From the NCBI GenBank assembly GCA_026387835.1, contig JAPLKZ010000011.1:108062-140061 (forward strand): 32,000 bases of DNA. Reading direction: 5' to 3'. Shown here piece by piece: positions 7,968 through 16,313 of this stretch. The first letter of the stretch is position 1. The number at the start of each line of letters is the position of its first letter. A program made the translations under genes and the position numbers. The stretch comes from Candidatus Saganbacteria bacterium (GTDB lineage Bacteria; Margulisbacteria; WOR-1; JAKLHX01). The notes under the pieces were generated by a model, which worked only from the letters and a program-made list of their open reading frames with translations, did not search any database and had not been told where the DNA came from.

Positions 7968-8396
7968 ATGTTTGAGAGAATAAATAAAAATATGGCCGCT
8001 GCGATGAAGGCAAAAGATACTGTCCGCCTCGAGACGCTCAGGATGATGAAGTCAAAGATACTGAACGTAAATGCGAGAGGCGACCTTCCCGAAAAAGACA
8101 TCGCCAGGATCCTGCAGAATTACGTAAAAAGCCTTAAAGAATCTGTCGAAATAATGGTGCAGCACGGGAAGACGGAGGATGCGGGGAAAGTAAAAACGGA
8201 AATAGCCATAATCGAGGAATACCTTCCGCGGATGCTTACTGAAGAAGAGACAAAGAATCTCGTAAAAGAGACCATTTCAGTCCTTGGCGCGACAAGCATC
8301 AAAGAGATCGGCCGCGTTATGAAAGAGATAACCGGCAAGCGGTCGGATGTCGACGGCTCGCTGGTCAAAAAACTCGTTTCGGAGATCCTACAATAG
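7968..8396 (+). CDS. yqeY: GatB/YqeY domain-containing protein
   Basis: 142 aa. INKNMAAAMKAKDTVRLETLRMMKSKILN...IIEEYLP matches the YqeY family pattern from memory. Confidence 0.85.
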   Translation: MFERINKNMAAAMKAKDTVRLETLRMMKSKILNVNARGDLPEKDIARILQNYVKSLKESVEIMVQHGKTEDAGKVKTEIAIIEEYLPRMLTEEETKNLVKETISVLGATSIKEIGRVMKEITGKRSDVDGSLVKKLVSEILQ

Positions 8397-8419
8397 AAAA
8401 CAAAACTCTCCTGCCGGAC

Positions 8420-9418
8420 ATGGACCCGAAAGAACTCCGGCAATACATCATTTCGCTTGAGATAGAGCCTTTCAGGGCCGGCCAAATATCGTCATGGATA
8501 TATAAAAAAGGCGTCCTGTCATTTACAATGATGACCGATATCCCCGCTTCACTCAGAGAAAAGCTGGCAAAGACCGCAAAGATCGAAATGCTTTCGTTAA
8601 AAGAGAAGACAAGATCTTCCGACAGAGGGGCAACAAAATACCTGTTTACCACGGATGACGGCCTGGGGATTGAAACGGTCAAGATCAAGGACAGGGACAG
8701 GACAACGGTCTGCGTCTCTTCGCAGGTCGGATGCCCCATGCGTTGCGCGTTCTGCGCGACGGGGAAGAACAAATTCAAAAGGAACCTCTCGGCAGGAGAA
8801 ATAATATACCAGGTGCTGTATTTCACCGGTGAAGAAAAAGAAACCATCACTAATGTCGTGTTCATGGGGATGGGGGAGCCCCTGCTTAATTACAATAACG
8901 TGCTGAAAGCGGTCAGGATAATGAATTCAAAGGATGCGATGAACATGGGGATCAGAAGGATGACAATTTCTACCTGCGGCCTTCCTGAGAAGATAAAGAG
9001 ACTGGCCAGAGAAGGCCTTGACGTCAACCTTTCCGTGTCTCTTAATGCCGCTTCCGAAGCGATAAGATCAAAATTGATGCCGGTCAACAGGGATCATCCT
9101 ATCCGTGAGCTGATAAGTGCGGTCAAATATTACACGCAGATGACGGGGCGAAGGGTGACCTTTGATTATGTGATGATAAAAGAGGAGAACGATTCTATCA
9201 AGGATGCAAAAGATCTTGCCGCATTGCTGGAAGGCATGTTATGTCATGTAAATCTGATCCTCTTCAACAAGGTCAAGGACTCTTCGTTTTTGTGCTCTTC
9301 AAAAGAAAGGATAGAACTATTCCTGCAAATATTGGCGCATCACGGAGTTAATGCTACAATCAGAAATAGCAGAGGCTCTGACATAAGGGCCGCGTGCGGA
9401 CAACTGGCAGGGAAATGA
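8420..9418 (+). CDS. rlmN: 23S rRNA/tRNA (adenine-C2)-methyltransferase, radical SAM
   Basis: 332 aa. It carries the radical-SAM cluster CPMRCAFCATG, plus MGMGEPLLNY and the C-terminal catalytic AACGQL. The protein ends 3 residues after CGQL, inside the repeat element. Confidence 0.93.
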   Translation: MDPKELRQYIISLEIEPFRAGQISSWIYKKGVLSFTMMTDIPASLREKLAKTAKIEMLSLKEKTRSSDRGATKYLFTTDDGLGIETVKIKDRDRTTVCVSSQVGCPMRCAFCATGKNKFKRNLSAGEIIYQVLYFTGEEKETITNVVFMGMGEPLLNYNNVLKAVRIMNSKDAMNMGIRRMTISTCGLPEKIKRLAREGLDVNLSVSLNAASEAIRSKLMPVNRDHPIRELISAVKYYTQMTGRRVTFDYVMIKEENDSIKDAKDLAALLEGMLCHVNLILFNKVKDSSFLCSSKERIELFLQILAHHGVNATIRNSRGSDIRAACGQLAGK

Positions 9419-9512
9419 CTAATGACTAATTTTTAATGACTAATTAAGGAATGATATAATAATTCTTCCTTCATTCATTAGACATTAGTCATTAGTAATT
9501 AGTCATTTTTTT
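9406..9512 (+). repeat. heptamer-array palindromic element, copy 1 (A arm - loop - B arm - T run)
   Basis: The order is: ggcagggaa; AATGACTAAT GACTAAT TTTTAAT GACTAAT TAAGGAA (9414-9451); loop tgatataataattc; ttccttc attcatt agacatt agtcatt agtaatt agtcatt (9466-9507); then ttttt. It is an imperfect ~40-bp inverted repeat built of tandem heptamers. Confidence 0.85.
9452..9460 (+). promoter_or_regulatory. extended -10-like box TGATATAAT in the loop of palindromic element 1, upstream of tRNA-Thr
   Basis: It has the same 9-mer as the box before hisC and lies 58 nt upstream of the tRNA-Thr 5' end. No other promoter-like sequence fits between rlmN and the tRNA. Confidence 0.3.
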
Positions 9513-9517
9513 AGCCA

Positions 9518-9590
9518 GCCCGTGTAGCTCAGTTGGTAGAGCACGTCCTTGGTAAGGACGAGGTCATCGGTTCGATCCCGATCGCGGGCT
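9518..9590 (+). tRNA. tRNA-Thr (anticodon GGU)
   Basis: The sequence is GCCCGTGTAGCTCAGTTGGTAGAGCACGTCCTTGGTAAGGACGAGGTCATCGGTTCGATCCCGATCGCGGGCT. It folds as a cloverleaf with anticodon loop TTGGTAA. tRNA-Thr upstream of tuf is a classic arrangement. Confidence 0.95.
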
Positions 9591-9610
9591 TATGGTGAAC
9601 ACTGTCGCTA

Positions 9611-9639
9611 TTGACGGAAAAATCACAGTATATTATAAT
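9611..9639 (+). promoter_or_regulatory. putative tuf promoter TTGACG-17-TATAAT
   Basis: TTGACG at 9611-9616, a 17-nt spacer, then TATAAT at 9634-9639. A strong Shine-Dalgarno (GAGGAGG) precedes the ATG at 9678. Confidence 0.55.
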
Positions 9640-9677
9640 GAGATTTATCATAAAGAAAGATTGAGGAGGATATAATT

Positions 9678-10871
9678 ATGGCAAGAGAAAAGTTCGAGAG
9701 AAAAAAGCCGCACGTAAATGTCGGGACGATAGGACACGTCGACCACGGGAAGACGACGCTGACTTCAGCGATCACAAAGGTGCTGGCCGCCAAAGGCATG
9801 GCGAAAGCAAAAGCCTTTGACGAGATCGACAGTGCTCCCGAGGAAAAAGCAAGAGGTATCACGATCGCCATCGCTCACGTCGAATATGAGACCGAAAAAA
9901 GACACTATGCGCATATCGATTGCCCGGGCCACGCCGACTATGTAAAGAACATGGTGATCGGCGCTGCGCAGATGGATGGCGCGATACTGGTAGTCAGCGC
10001 GGCTGACGGGCCTATGCCTCAGACAAGAGAGCATATCCTTCTTGCAAGACAGGTGAATGTGCCGAAGATCGTCGTTTTTCTGAACAAGGTTGATATGGTA
10101 GATGATCCTGAATTGATCGACCTTGTCGAAGCGGAGCTCAGGGACCTTTTGAAAAAATATGAGTTCCCAGGAGACGAAATGCCCATCATAAGAGGTTCCG
10201 CTCTCAAAGCGATGGAAAGCGGAGACCCCAACTCCCCTGACACAAAATGCATATTCGAACTGATGGACGCCCTTGACAACTACATCCCTGAGCCGAAAAG
10301 GGAACTGGACAAACCGTTCCTGATGCCTATCGAGGATGTGTTCAGCATCACGGGAAGGGGTACAGTGGGGACCGGAAGGATCACAAGAGGTAAAGTAAAA
10401 GTCGGGGAGGAAGTAGATATCATCGGTTTCGGCAGCCATAAAAAATGTGTCGTGACCGGCGTAGAAATGTTCAGGAAGACGCTTGATGAAGGGATCGCGG
10501 GCGACAACGTCGGACTTCTCTTGAGAGGTGTTGAAAAAGAAGATATTCAGAGAGGCCAGGTGCTTGCAAAACCCGGATCGATCAAGCCGCATACAAAATT
10601 TGAAGCTCAAGTACTTGTTTTGACAAAGGAAGAAGGCGGCCGCCACACTCCGTTCTTCCCGGGATACAGGCCCCAGTTCTATATCGGTACGACTGACGTT
10701 ACCGGAGCGATCAAACTGCCTGATAAGGTAGAGATGGTCATGCCCGGAGATAATATTACGATGACGGTGGAGCTCATCCAAGAGGTCGCTATAGAAGAAC
10801 AGTTCAGGTTCGCTATCCGCGAAGGCGGGCACACTGTAGGTGCGGGAGTCGTTTCAAAGATCATTGAATAA
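9678..10871 (+). CDS. tuf: elongation factor Tu
   Basis: 397 aa, with [36 protein letters not shown] and NKVD motifs. The identification is unambiguous. Confidence 0.99.
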   Translation: MAREKFERKKPHVNVGTIGHVDHGKTTLTSAITKVLAAKGMAKAKAFDEIDSAPEEKARGITIAIAHVEYETEKRHYAHIDCPGHADYVKNMVIGAAQMDGAILVVSAADGPMPQTREHILLARQVNVPKIVVFLNKVDMVDDPELIDLVEAELRDLLKKYEFPGDEMPIIRGSALKAMESGDPNSPDTKCIFELMDALDNYIPEPKRELDKPFLMPIEDVFSITGRGTVGTGRITRGKVKVGEEVDIIGFGSHKKCVVTGVEMFRKTLDEGIAGDNVGLLLRGVEKEDIQRGQVLAKPGSIKPHTKFEAQVLVLTKEEGGRHTPFFPGYRPQFYIGTTDVTGAIKLPDKVEMVMPGDNITMTVELIQEVAIEEQFRFAIREGGHTVGAGVVSKIIE

Positions 10872-10896
10872 GACCGTTTTTAATCTCATGAAGATC

Positions 10897-10926
10897 AAAA
10901 AGCCCCAACCAGTTTGGGGCTTTTTA
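10897..10926 (+). terminator. rho-independent terminator of tuf
   Basis: The sequence is aaaaaGCCCCAAccagtTTGGGGCtttttatt: a 7-bp GC stem, 5-nt loop and T-run. The preceding A-run makes it potentially bidirectional. Confidence 0.85.
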
Positions 10927-10940
10927 TTAGGACCGGACCC

Positions 10941-12308
10941 ATGAAAAGATCATCGATCGTTATTATTATCATAGTCGCGGTACTCGCGGCCGTGCTGGGC
11001 GCATATATAGGAGACCGCTATTATTACAGTGAAAAGATCCTGCCAGGCTATCATATAGGCAGGATCGATATCGGAGGCAAGACCAGGGAGCAAGCAGTCG
11101 ACATGCTCAAAAACATCCCCGCAGACGATGTTGCAGGCGCCAATTTATTTTTGATCTATGACGACGGAAAAAAGATCACAAGGTTCGAGTTCAAGCCGTC
11201 TCAGGCAGGGATAGCGTTGCTTGCGGATGAAAGCGTTGGCGATGCCGTTTATCTGTCGCATAAATTCGGCTACCTGCAGCAGCTTTATATAAGGCTGAGT
11301 AAAAAGCAAAAGACCGTCCGGCCAAGGTTCAGGATAGCGGACGAGGCGACCGCGGATTCGTTGATAGGGCAGATCGCTGCCTATATAGACCATGATCCCG
11401 AGGATGCGAGGTTTGCCGTAACGTTGACGACTTTTGAAGGGGACAGTAAATACAAGATATTCCTCAACGAAGGCAGGATAGGGAAAACGGTATTGATCGG
11501 TGAGACAAAAGACCTTTTAAGGAAAACGCTTGAAGAAGGAAATACTGCTTCAATGCTTGTGGTGGCGATACACCCGCCAAAGGTCTCAGCGCAGATGTTA
11601 AAAAATATTCCGGACCCGCACGTGATAGGAAGGTACACTACTTACTACGGCACGCACGATTCACCCAACAGGATACACAACATCTATCTTGTGGCTTCGT
11701 TCGTTGATAACACGTTTTTATCGTCCGGAGAAATATTTTCGCTGTTAAAGCCTATTGGAGAATTCACGGGGGAGCGGGGTTTCAGGGAAGCTTATGTGAT
11801 AATGGGTGACGAACTTGTCCCGCAGTACGGCGGAGGTACCTGCCAGATAGCCACAACGCTTTACAATTCTGTCATGATGGCGGATCTTGATGTAAAGAAC
11901 AGGGTCAATCACGGCATGTATTTTTCTATATATCCGCTTGGAAGGGACGCGACAGTCTATCCTCCTTATACGGATTTTAAGTTCCGCAACAACACCGGAT
12001 ATCCGATAGTGATCCAGGCCCTGCCGTTTAAAAAAGGCCTTACTTTCAGGATCATAGGACACCCCACCGGAAAGAGCGTGAGTTTTTCGTACCCGGCGTT
12101 GAAGTACAGGTACACGACCGTCTCTACGACAGAAGGGGGATCAGGCGCGCGTGTCGAAAAAAAGATAAGGACATCGGCTTTTTCCGCAGAAGTAGTAAGG
12201 ACGGTCAAAAAGGACGGGAAGATAATAAAACAGGAAACAATATATAGTTTTTACAAGCTCCACGGAGACAGGCAGAAGGTCAAGATAAGAAGAAGAGAGT
12301 CAAGATAA
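10941..12308 (+). CDS. VanW family protein (N-terminal membrane anchor, PG-binding-like region, VanW domain)
   Basis: I chose the start at ATG 10941 (MKRSSIVIIIIVAVLAAVLGA) because the track start TTG 10914 lies inside the tuf terminator. The VanW-like core is GERGFREAYVIMGDELVPQYGGGTCQIATTLYNSVMMADL...RVNHGMYFSIYPLGRDATV. Confidence 0.85.
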   Translation: MKRSSIVIIIIVAVLAAVLGAYIGDRYYYSEKILPGYHIGRIDIGGKTREQAVDMLKNIPADDVAGANLFLIYDDGKKITRFEFKPSQAGIALLADESVGDAVYLSHKFGYLQQLYIRLSKKQKTVRPRFRIADEATADSLIGQIAAYIDHDPEDARFAVTLTTFEGDSKYKIFLNEGRIGKTVLIGETKDLLRKTLEEGNTASMLVVAIHPPKVSAQMLKNIPDPHVIGRYTTYYGTHDSPNRIHNIYLVASFVDNTFLSSGEIFSLLKPIGEFTGERGFREAYVIMGDELVPQYGGGTCQIATTLYNSVMMADLDVKNRVNHGMYFSIYPLGRDATVYPPYTDFKFRNNTGYPIVIQALPFKKGLTFRIIGHPTGKSVSFSYPALKYRYTTVSTTEGGSGARVEKKIRTSAFSAEVVRTVKKDGKIIKQETIYSFYKLHGDRQKVKIRRRESR

Positions 12309-12312
12309 CCGC

Positions 12313-12414
12313 CTATAAAAGAAATGACTAATGACTAATGTCTAATGAAGGAAAGATTATTGTGTTTTTCCTTAATTAGTCATTAAGAATTAGTCATTAG
12401 TCATTTCCCCTGCC
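12313..12414 (-). repeat. heptamer-array palindromic element, copy 2 (inverted relative to copy 1)
   Basis: The order is: AATGACTAAT GACTAAT GTCTAAT GAAGGAA (12323-12353); loop agattattgtgttt; ttccttaattagtcattaagaattagtcattagtcatt (12368-12405); then tcccctgcc. The reverse complement of 12368-12405 matches 9414-9451 at 37/38 positions by my alignment. The flanks (GGCAGGGGAA, T-rich tail) also match in inverted orientation. Confidence 0.85.
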
Positions 12415-12416
12415 TA

Positions 12417-12425
12417 TGATATAAT
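12417..12425 (+). promoter_or_regulatory. extended -10 box TGATATAAT exactly 6 nt upstream of the hisC ATG (leaderless candidate)
   Basis: TGATATAAT is followed by ttatct and then ATG at 12432, with no Shine-Dalgarno. The box abuts the edge of palindromic element 2. Confidence 0.45.
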
Positions 12426-12431
12426 TTATCT

Positions 12432-13520
12432 ATGACAGATGACCTTCCGAGAGCTGCCATCGAAAAACTCCCTGTTTATATGCCGGGAAAGCAGGTGGAA
12501 GATGTAGTGAAGGAATTCGGCATCAAGGAAGTCGTCAAGCTTGCCTCCAACGAAAACCCCTTCGGCCCCTCACCAAAAGCGGTCGAGTCGATAATAAAGA
12601 ATTTAAATTCCATCTCGGTATATCCTGACCAGCATCACAGCCTGCTTCGCGAGAACCTTGCAAAGAAATGGGAACTTTCAAAGGATAATTTCATCGTCGG
12701 CAACGGTTCCGATGAGATAATGCTCCTTCTCGCCCAGGTATTTTTAAGCGCGGGGGATGAGGTCGTTGTCTCAAGGAATACTTTCAGCGTATACGAATTT
12801 GTTTCAGAGATAATGGATGCCGAACTGGTCTTTGTCGATCTGTTAAACAATGCTTATGACCTTGAAGCGGTAAAAAGGGCCGTGACGGAAAAAACAAAAC
12901 TGATATTTCTATGCAATCCAAACAACCCCACAGGCACATATTTCAACAAAAAACAGCTGGCGGACCTTGTGAAAGGCCTGCCGAAGAACGTTATCACGGT
13001 GATCGATGAAGCGTATGCTGATTTTGCCGACAGCGATGATTTTCCGGCAGGCACGGACCTGATAAAAGAAGGCAAAAATATTGTGGTGCTGCGGACTTTT
13101 TCAAAGGTCTACGGGCTCGCGGGCCTGCGCGTCGGATACGGGATAGCAAGACCGCAGATAATAAAATATCTTTTTATGGCCAAGCTCCCTTTCAACGTGA
13201 ACAGGCTCGCGCTTATAGCGGCAGGCGCGGCCCTTGAAGACGGAGAATTTATCGAGCAGACGCTTGCGAACAACCGGGAAGGCAAAGCGTTCATAAGCGG
13301 GGAATTGAAAAAAATGGGGCTGAAACATCTTAAATCCCAGGCGAATTTCATTTTCATAGACCTCGGCAGGGATTCCGGTCCCGTATTCATGGACATGATG
13401 AGGCACGGAGTGATAATCAGGCCTCTTGCGTCTTTCGGTTTTCCCAAAGCCATACGGGTTAGCATCGGAACGATGCGCCAGAACGAGAGATTTATCGAAG
13501 CTTTGAAGAAAGTCATCTGA
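12432..13520 (+). CDS. hisC: histidinol-phosphate aminotransferase
   Basis: 362 aa. It carries LASNENPFGPSP, DEAYADF and the PLP-lysine motif RTFSKVYGLAGLRVGY. Confidence 0.92.
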   Translation: MTDDLPRAAIEKLPVYMPGKQVEDVVKEFGIKEVVKLASNENPFGPSPKAVESIIKNLNSISVYPDQHHSLLRENLAKKWELSKDNFIVGNGSDEIMLLLAQVFLSAGDEVVVSRNTFSVYEFVSEIMDAELVFVDLLNNAYDLEAVKRAVTEKTKLIFLCNPNNPTGTYFNKKQLADLVKGLPKNVITVIDEAYADFADSDDFPAGTDLIKEGKNIVVLRTFSKVYGLAGLRVGYGIARPQIIKYLFMAKLPFNVNRLALIAAGAALEDGEFIEQTLANNREGKAFISGELKKMGLKHLKSQANFIFIDLGRDSGPVFMDMMRHGVIIRPLASFGFPKAIRVSIGTMRQNERFIEALKKVI

Positions 13521-13522
13521 CA

Positions 13523-14575
13523 ATGCCGGAAAAGACCCCGCTTTACGAGACCCATATTTCAGGCGGCGCAAGGATCGTTGAGTTTGCCGGCTGGCTGCTT
13601 CCAGTCCAGTACGGCGGGATAATCGAAGAACATAAGGCCGTCAGGAACACTTGCGGGATGTTCGATATCGGACATATGGGGCAGATCGAGGTCCCTGATC
13701 TTGACGCTGTTCAAAAACTGACCACGAATGATGCCTCAAAACTTGAAAAAGGTTCCGGCCAATATTCGTTCGTCTGCAATGAGAGCGGCGGGATAATCGA
13801 CGACCTTCTTGTCTACAGACTTGAAAACAGCTTCCTGGTGATCTCCAACGGCATAAATGCCCGAGCAGTCTTTGAACTGTTCAAGACAGTTTCACCTTCG
13901 ACAAAATTACTTTACGACAAAAACACAATGCTTGCCGTGCAGGGGCCGGATGCGATCTGTAAACTTCAAAAAGATTGCGATATCGATCTTTTATCGTTAA
14001 AGCACAGGCAGATCGCCGGATGTAGGATCTTCGGCATCAAATGCACCGTCTCAAGATCAGGTTATACCGGAGAGGACGGGGCGGAGATAATATTAGACAA
14101 TAATGATGCAAAAAAATTATGGAAATCACTATTAGATGAAAATATGATGCCGTGCGGTCTCGGATCGCGAGACACATTAAGGATAGAAGCCAGCCTTCCC
14201 CTTTACGGGCATGAACTTAGCCAAGAGATCACCCCGGTGGATGCGGGATATTTTAAAACGGTCAAATACGATAAAGGGAATTTTACCGGCAAAAGCGCCC
14301 TTCAGAGTAAAAAAGAAAAAGGTCCGGATATGAAATTAATAGGTTTCGAAGTATCGGAAAGAGCAATACCAAGGCAGGGCTATAAGATATTTGAAGGTGA
14401 GAATGAGATAGGATGCGTGACGAGCGGGACTTTTTCTCCGACACTGGGAAGGCCGATCGGAATGGGATATTTAAAGCAAATCCAAAAGGGGGGACAATAT
14501 TATATTGAAATTAGGGGAAGGAAATATCCCGCAAAAGAGGTCGGGATGCCTTTTTATAGAAGGAAAAAGGCGTGA
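13523..14575 (+). CDS. gcvT: glycine cleavage system aminomethyltransferase (T protein)
   Basis: 350 aa. TPLYETHISGGARIVEFAGWLLPVQY...FDIGHMGQ...SRSGYTGEDGAEI is typical of GcvT. It starts 2 nt after the hisC stop. Confidence 0.95.
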   Translation: MPEKTPLYETHISGGARIVEFAGWLLPVQYGGIIEEHKAVRNTCGMFDIGHMGQIEVPDLDAVQKLTTNDASKLEKGSGQYSFVCNESGGIIDDLLVYRLENSFLVISNGINARAVFELFKTVSPSTKLLYDKNTMLAVQGPDAICKLQKDCDIDLLSLKHRQIAGCRIFGIKCTVSRSGYTGEDGAEIILDNNDAKKLWKSLLDENMMPCGLGSRDTLRIEASLPLYGHELSQEITPVDAGYFKTVKYDKGNFTGKSALQSKKEKGPDMKLIGFEVSERAIPRQGYKIFEGENEIGCVTSGTFSPTLGRPIGMGYLKQIQKGGQYYIEIRGRKYPAKEVGMPFYRRKKA

Positions 14576-14601
14576 TAGAATAGAAAGGGAGTAAAACAAA
14601 A

Positions 14602-14970
14602 ATGTATCCGGAAAATTTAAAATATACAAAAGACCATGAATGGATCGATCTGGACGGAAAGACCGGGGTCACGGACCACGCGCAGAAAGAACTTGGGGAT
14701 GTGGTCTTTGTCGAGCTTCCTAAAGCAGGAAGCGATTTAAAGCAGGGCCAGGAACTTTGCGTCCTCGAGTCGGTGAAAGCCGTCTCGAACGTGTACTCCC
14801 CGGTATCGGGTAAAGTCATAAAGATAAACGGGGAACTTTCAAACAGCCCCGAATTGATCAACCGATCGCCTTATGAAGAGGGCTGGATCGCGGCGATAGA
14901 AATAAAAGATAAAAAAGAGCTTGACAGCCTGATGAGCGCTTCGGAGTATAAAAAACTTATCGGGGAATAA
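14602..14970 (+). CDS. gcvH: glycine cleavage system H protein
   Basis: 122 aa. YTKDHEWI and the lipoyl-lysine motif LESVKAVSNVYSPVSG are present. Confidence 0.95.
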   Translation: MYPENLKYTKDHEWIDLDGKTGVTDHAQKELGDVVFVELPKAGSDLKQGQELCVLESVKAVSNVYSPVSGKVIKINGELSNSPELINRSPYEEGWIAAIEIKDKKELDSLMSASEYKKLIGE

Positions 14971-14975
14971 AACCC

Positions 14976-16313
14976 ATGAATTACATCCCAAACACCGACG
15001 AAGACCGGAAAAAAATGTTTTCTTCGATAGGTATATCGTCAATCGAAGAACTTTTCGATGATATCCCGCTTTCCGCAAGAGAAAAACAGACCGTTGTGCT
15101 TCCTAAGCCGATGCCTGAGATCGAACTTAGAGGCCACATGCGGGAACAGAGCGAAAAGAATTCAAATGTCAGGGGAAAAATATCGTTTTTAGGGGCCGGA
15201 GCTTACGATCACTATATCCCGTCAGTTGTCAAAGCGATAGTTTCACGCTCCGAGTTCTATACGGCGTATACTCCGTATCAGCCCGAGATAAGCCAGGGCC
15301 TGCTCCAGGCGATCTATGAATACCAGTCGATGATCTGCGGCCTTACGGGAATGGGCGCGGCCAATGCTTCGCTCTACGACGGTGCAACGGCGATAGCCGA
15401 AGCGGCGTTCTTAGCGGTAAATCATACAAAAAGAAAAGAAATAATCATCTCAAAGACGGTAAACCCGCTTTACCGCCGGGTCCTTGAAACATACTGTGAC
15501 GGTGCGGATCTCAAAGTGAACGTGATCGACTTTGAAAACGGAACGACCAATATCGAAAAATTGAAAAACGCTGTCAATGACAGGACAGCCTGTGTCATCG
15601 TCCAGCACCCTAATTTTTTCGGATGCCTGGAAGATGTCTTTGAGACAGAGAAGATTACACACAAGAGCGGAGCTTTGCTGGCGGTCAGTGTTGATCCGAT
15701 ATCTCTGGGGGTACTGAAACCGCCGTCGGAGTACGGAGCTGATATAGTCACCGGCGAAGGCCAGTGTATGGGAAGCCCTTTAAATTTCGGAGGGCCTTAT
15801 CTCGGTGTTTTCGCGGTAAAAAAAGAACTGATAAGACTTCTGCCCGGCAGGATCGTCGGTATGACAGAGGATCATGACGGCAAAAGAGGGTTTGTTTTGA
15901 CGCTTCAGACGAGAGAACAGCACATAAGAAGGGAAAAGGCGACCTCGAACATTTGCAGCAACGAAGCCCTGGCCGCGCTCGCGGCAGCCGTATATTTAGC
16001 GGCGATGGGCAAAAAAGGAATAAAACTTGCCGGCCGGATATGCTTTGAAAGGGCCGGCCTGGCAAAAAAAAGGATAGCTTCACTCCCCGGATTCTCGCTC
16101 TGTCATAGCGGGCATACATTCAAGGAGTTCTGCGTGAAATATCCAAGATCCGCCGCGGAGGTCAACTATTTACTGGCGGGCAGAAGCATCACCGGCGGGC
16201 TTGATCTCGGAAAGTATTATCCGGAGATGAAAAACTCAAGCCTATTATGTTGTACAGAGAAAACATCCGAAAAGGACATTGAAAAACTTGTCCTGGCGCT
16301 GAAAGATGTATGA
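14976..16313 (+). CDS. gcvPA: glycine dehydrogenase (decarboxylating) subunit 1
   Basis: 445 aa. FLGAGAYDHYIP...YTPYQPEISQGLLQAIYEYQSMIC is typical of the N-terminal P-protein subunit. No gcvPB follows it. Confidence 0.95.
   Translation: MNYIPNTDEDRKKMFSSIGISSIEELFDDIPLSAREKQTVVLPKPMPEIELRGHMREQSEKNSNVRGKISFLGAGAYDHYIPSVVKAIVSRSEFYTAYTPYQPEISQGLLQAIYEYQSMICGLTGMGAANASLYDGATAIAEAAFLAVNHTKRKEIIISKTVNPLYRRVLETYCDGADLKVNVIDFENGTTNIEKLKNAVNDRTACVIVQHPNFFGCLEDVFETEKITHKSGALLAVSVDPISLGVLKPPSEYGADIVTGEGQCMGSPLNFGGPYLGVFAVKKELIRLLPGRIVGMTEDHDGKRGFVLTLQTREQHIRREKATSNICSNEALAALAAAVYLAAMGKKGIKLAGRICFERAGLAKKRIASLPGFSLCHSGHTFKEFCVKYPRSAAEVNYLLAGRSITGGLDLGKYYPEMKNSSLLCCTEKTSEKDIEKLVLALKDV

Noticed and set aside
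9765-10832. 355-aa minus-strand ORF
   Set aside because: It lies entirely antisense to tuf, whose identity is unambiguous. Long antisense ORFs are common opposite conserved genes at this GC content.
13480-13523. Glycine riboswitch upstream of gcvT
   Set aside because: gcvT starts 2 nt after the hisC stop, so there is no space for a ~100-200-nt aptamer. The hisC upstream spacer is occupied by the palindromic element.
13101-13571. Minus-strand ORFs of 156 and 148 aa at the hisC/gcvT junction
   Set aside because: They are antisense to the well-supported hisC 3' end and gcvT 5' end, and have no motifs.
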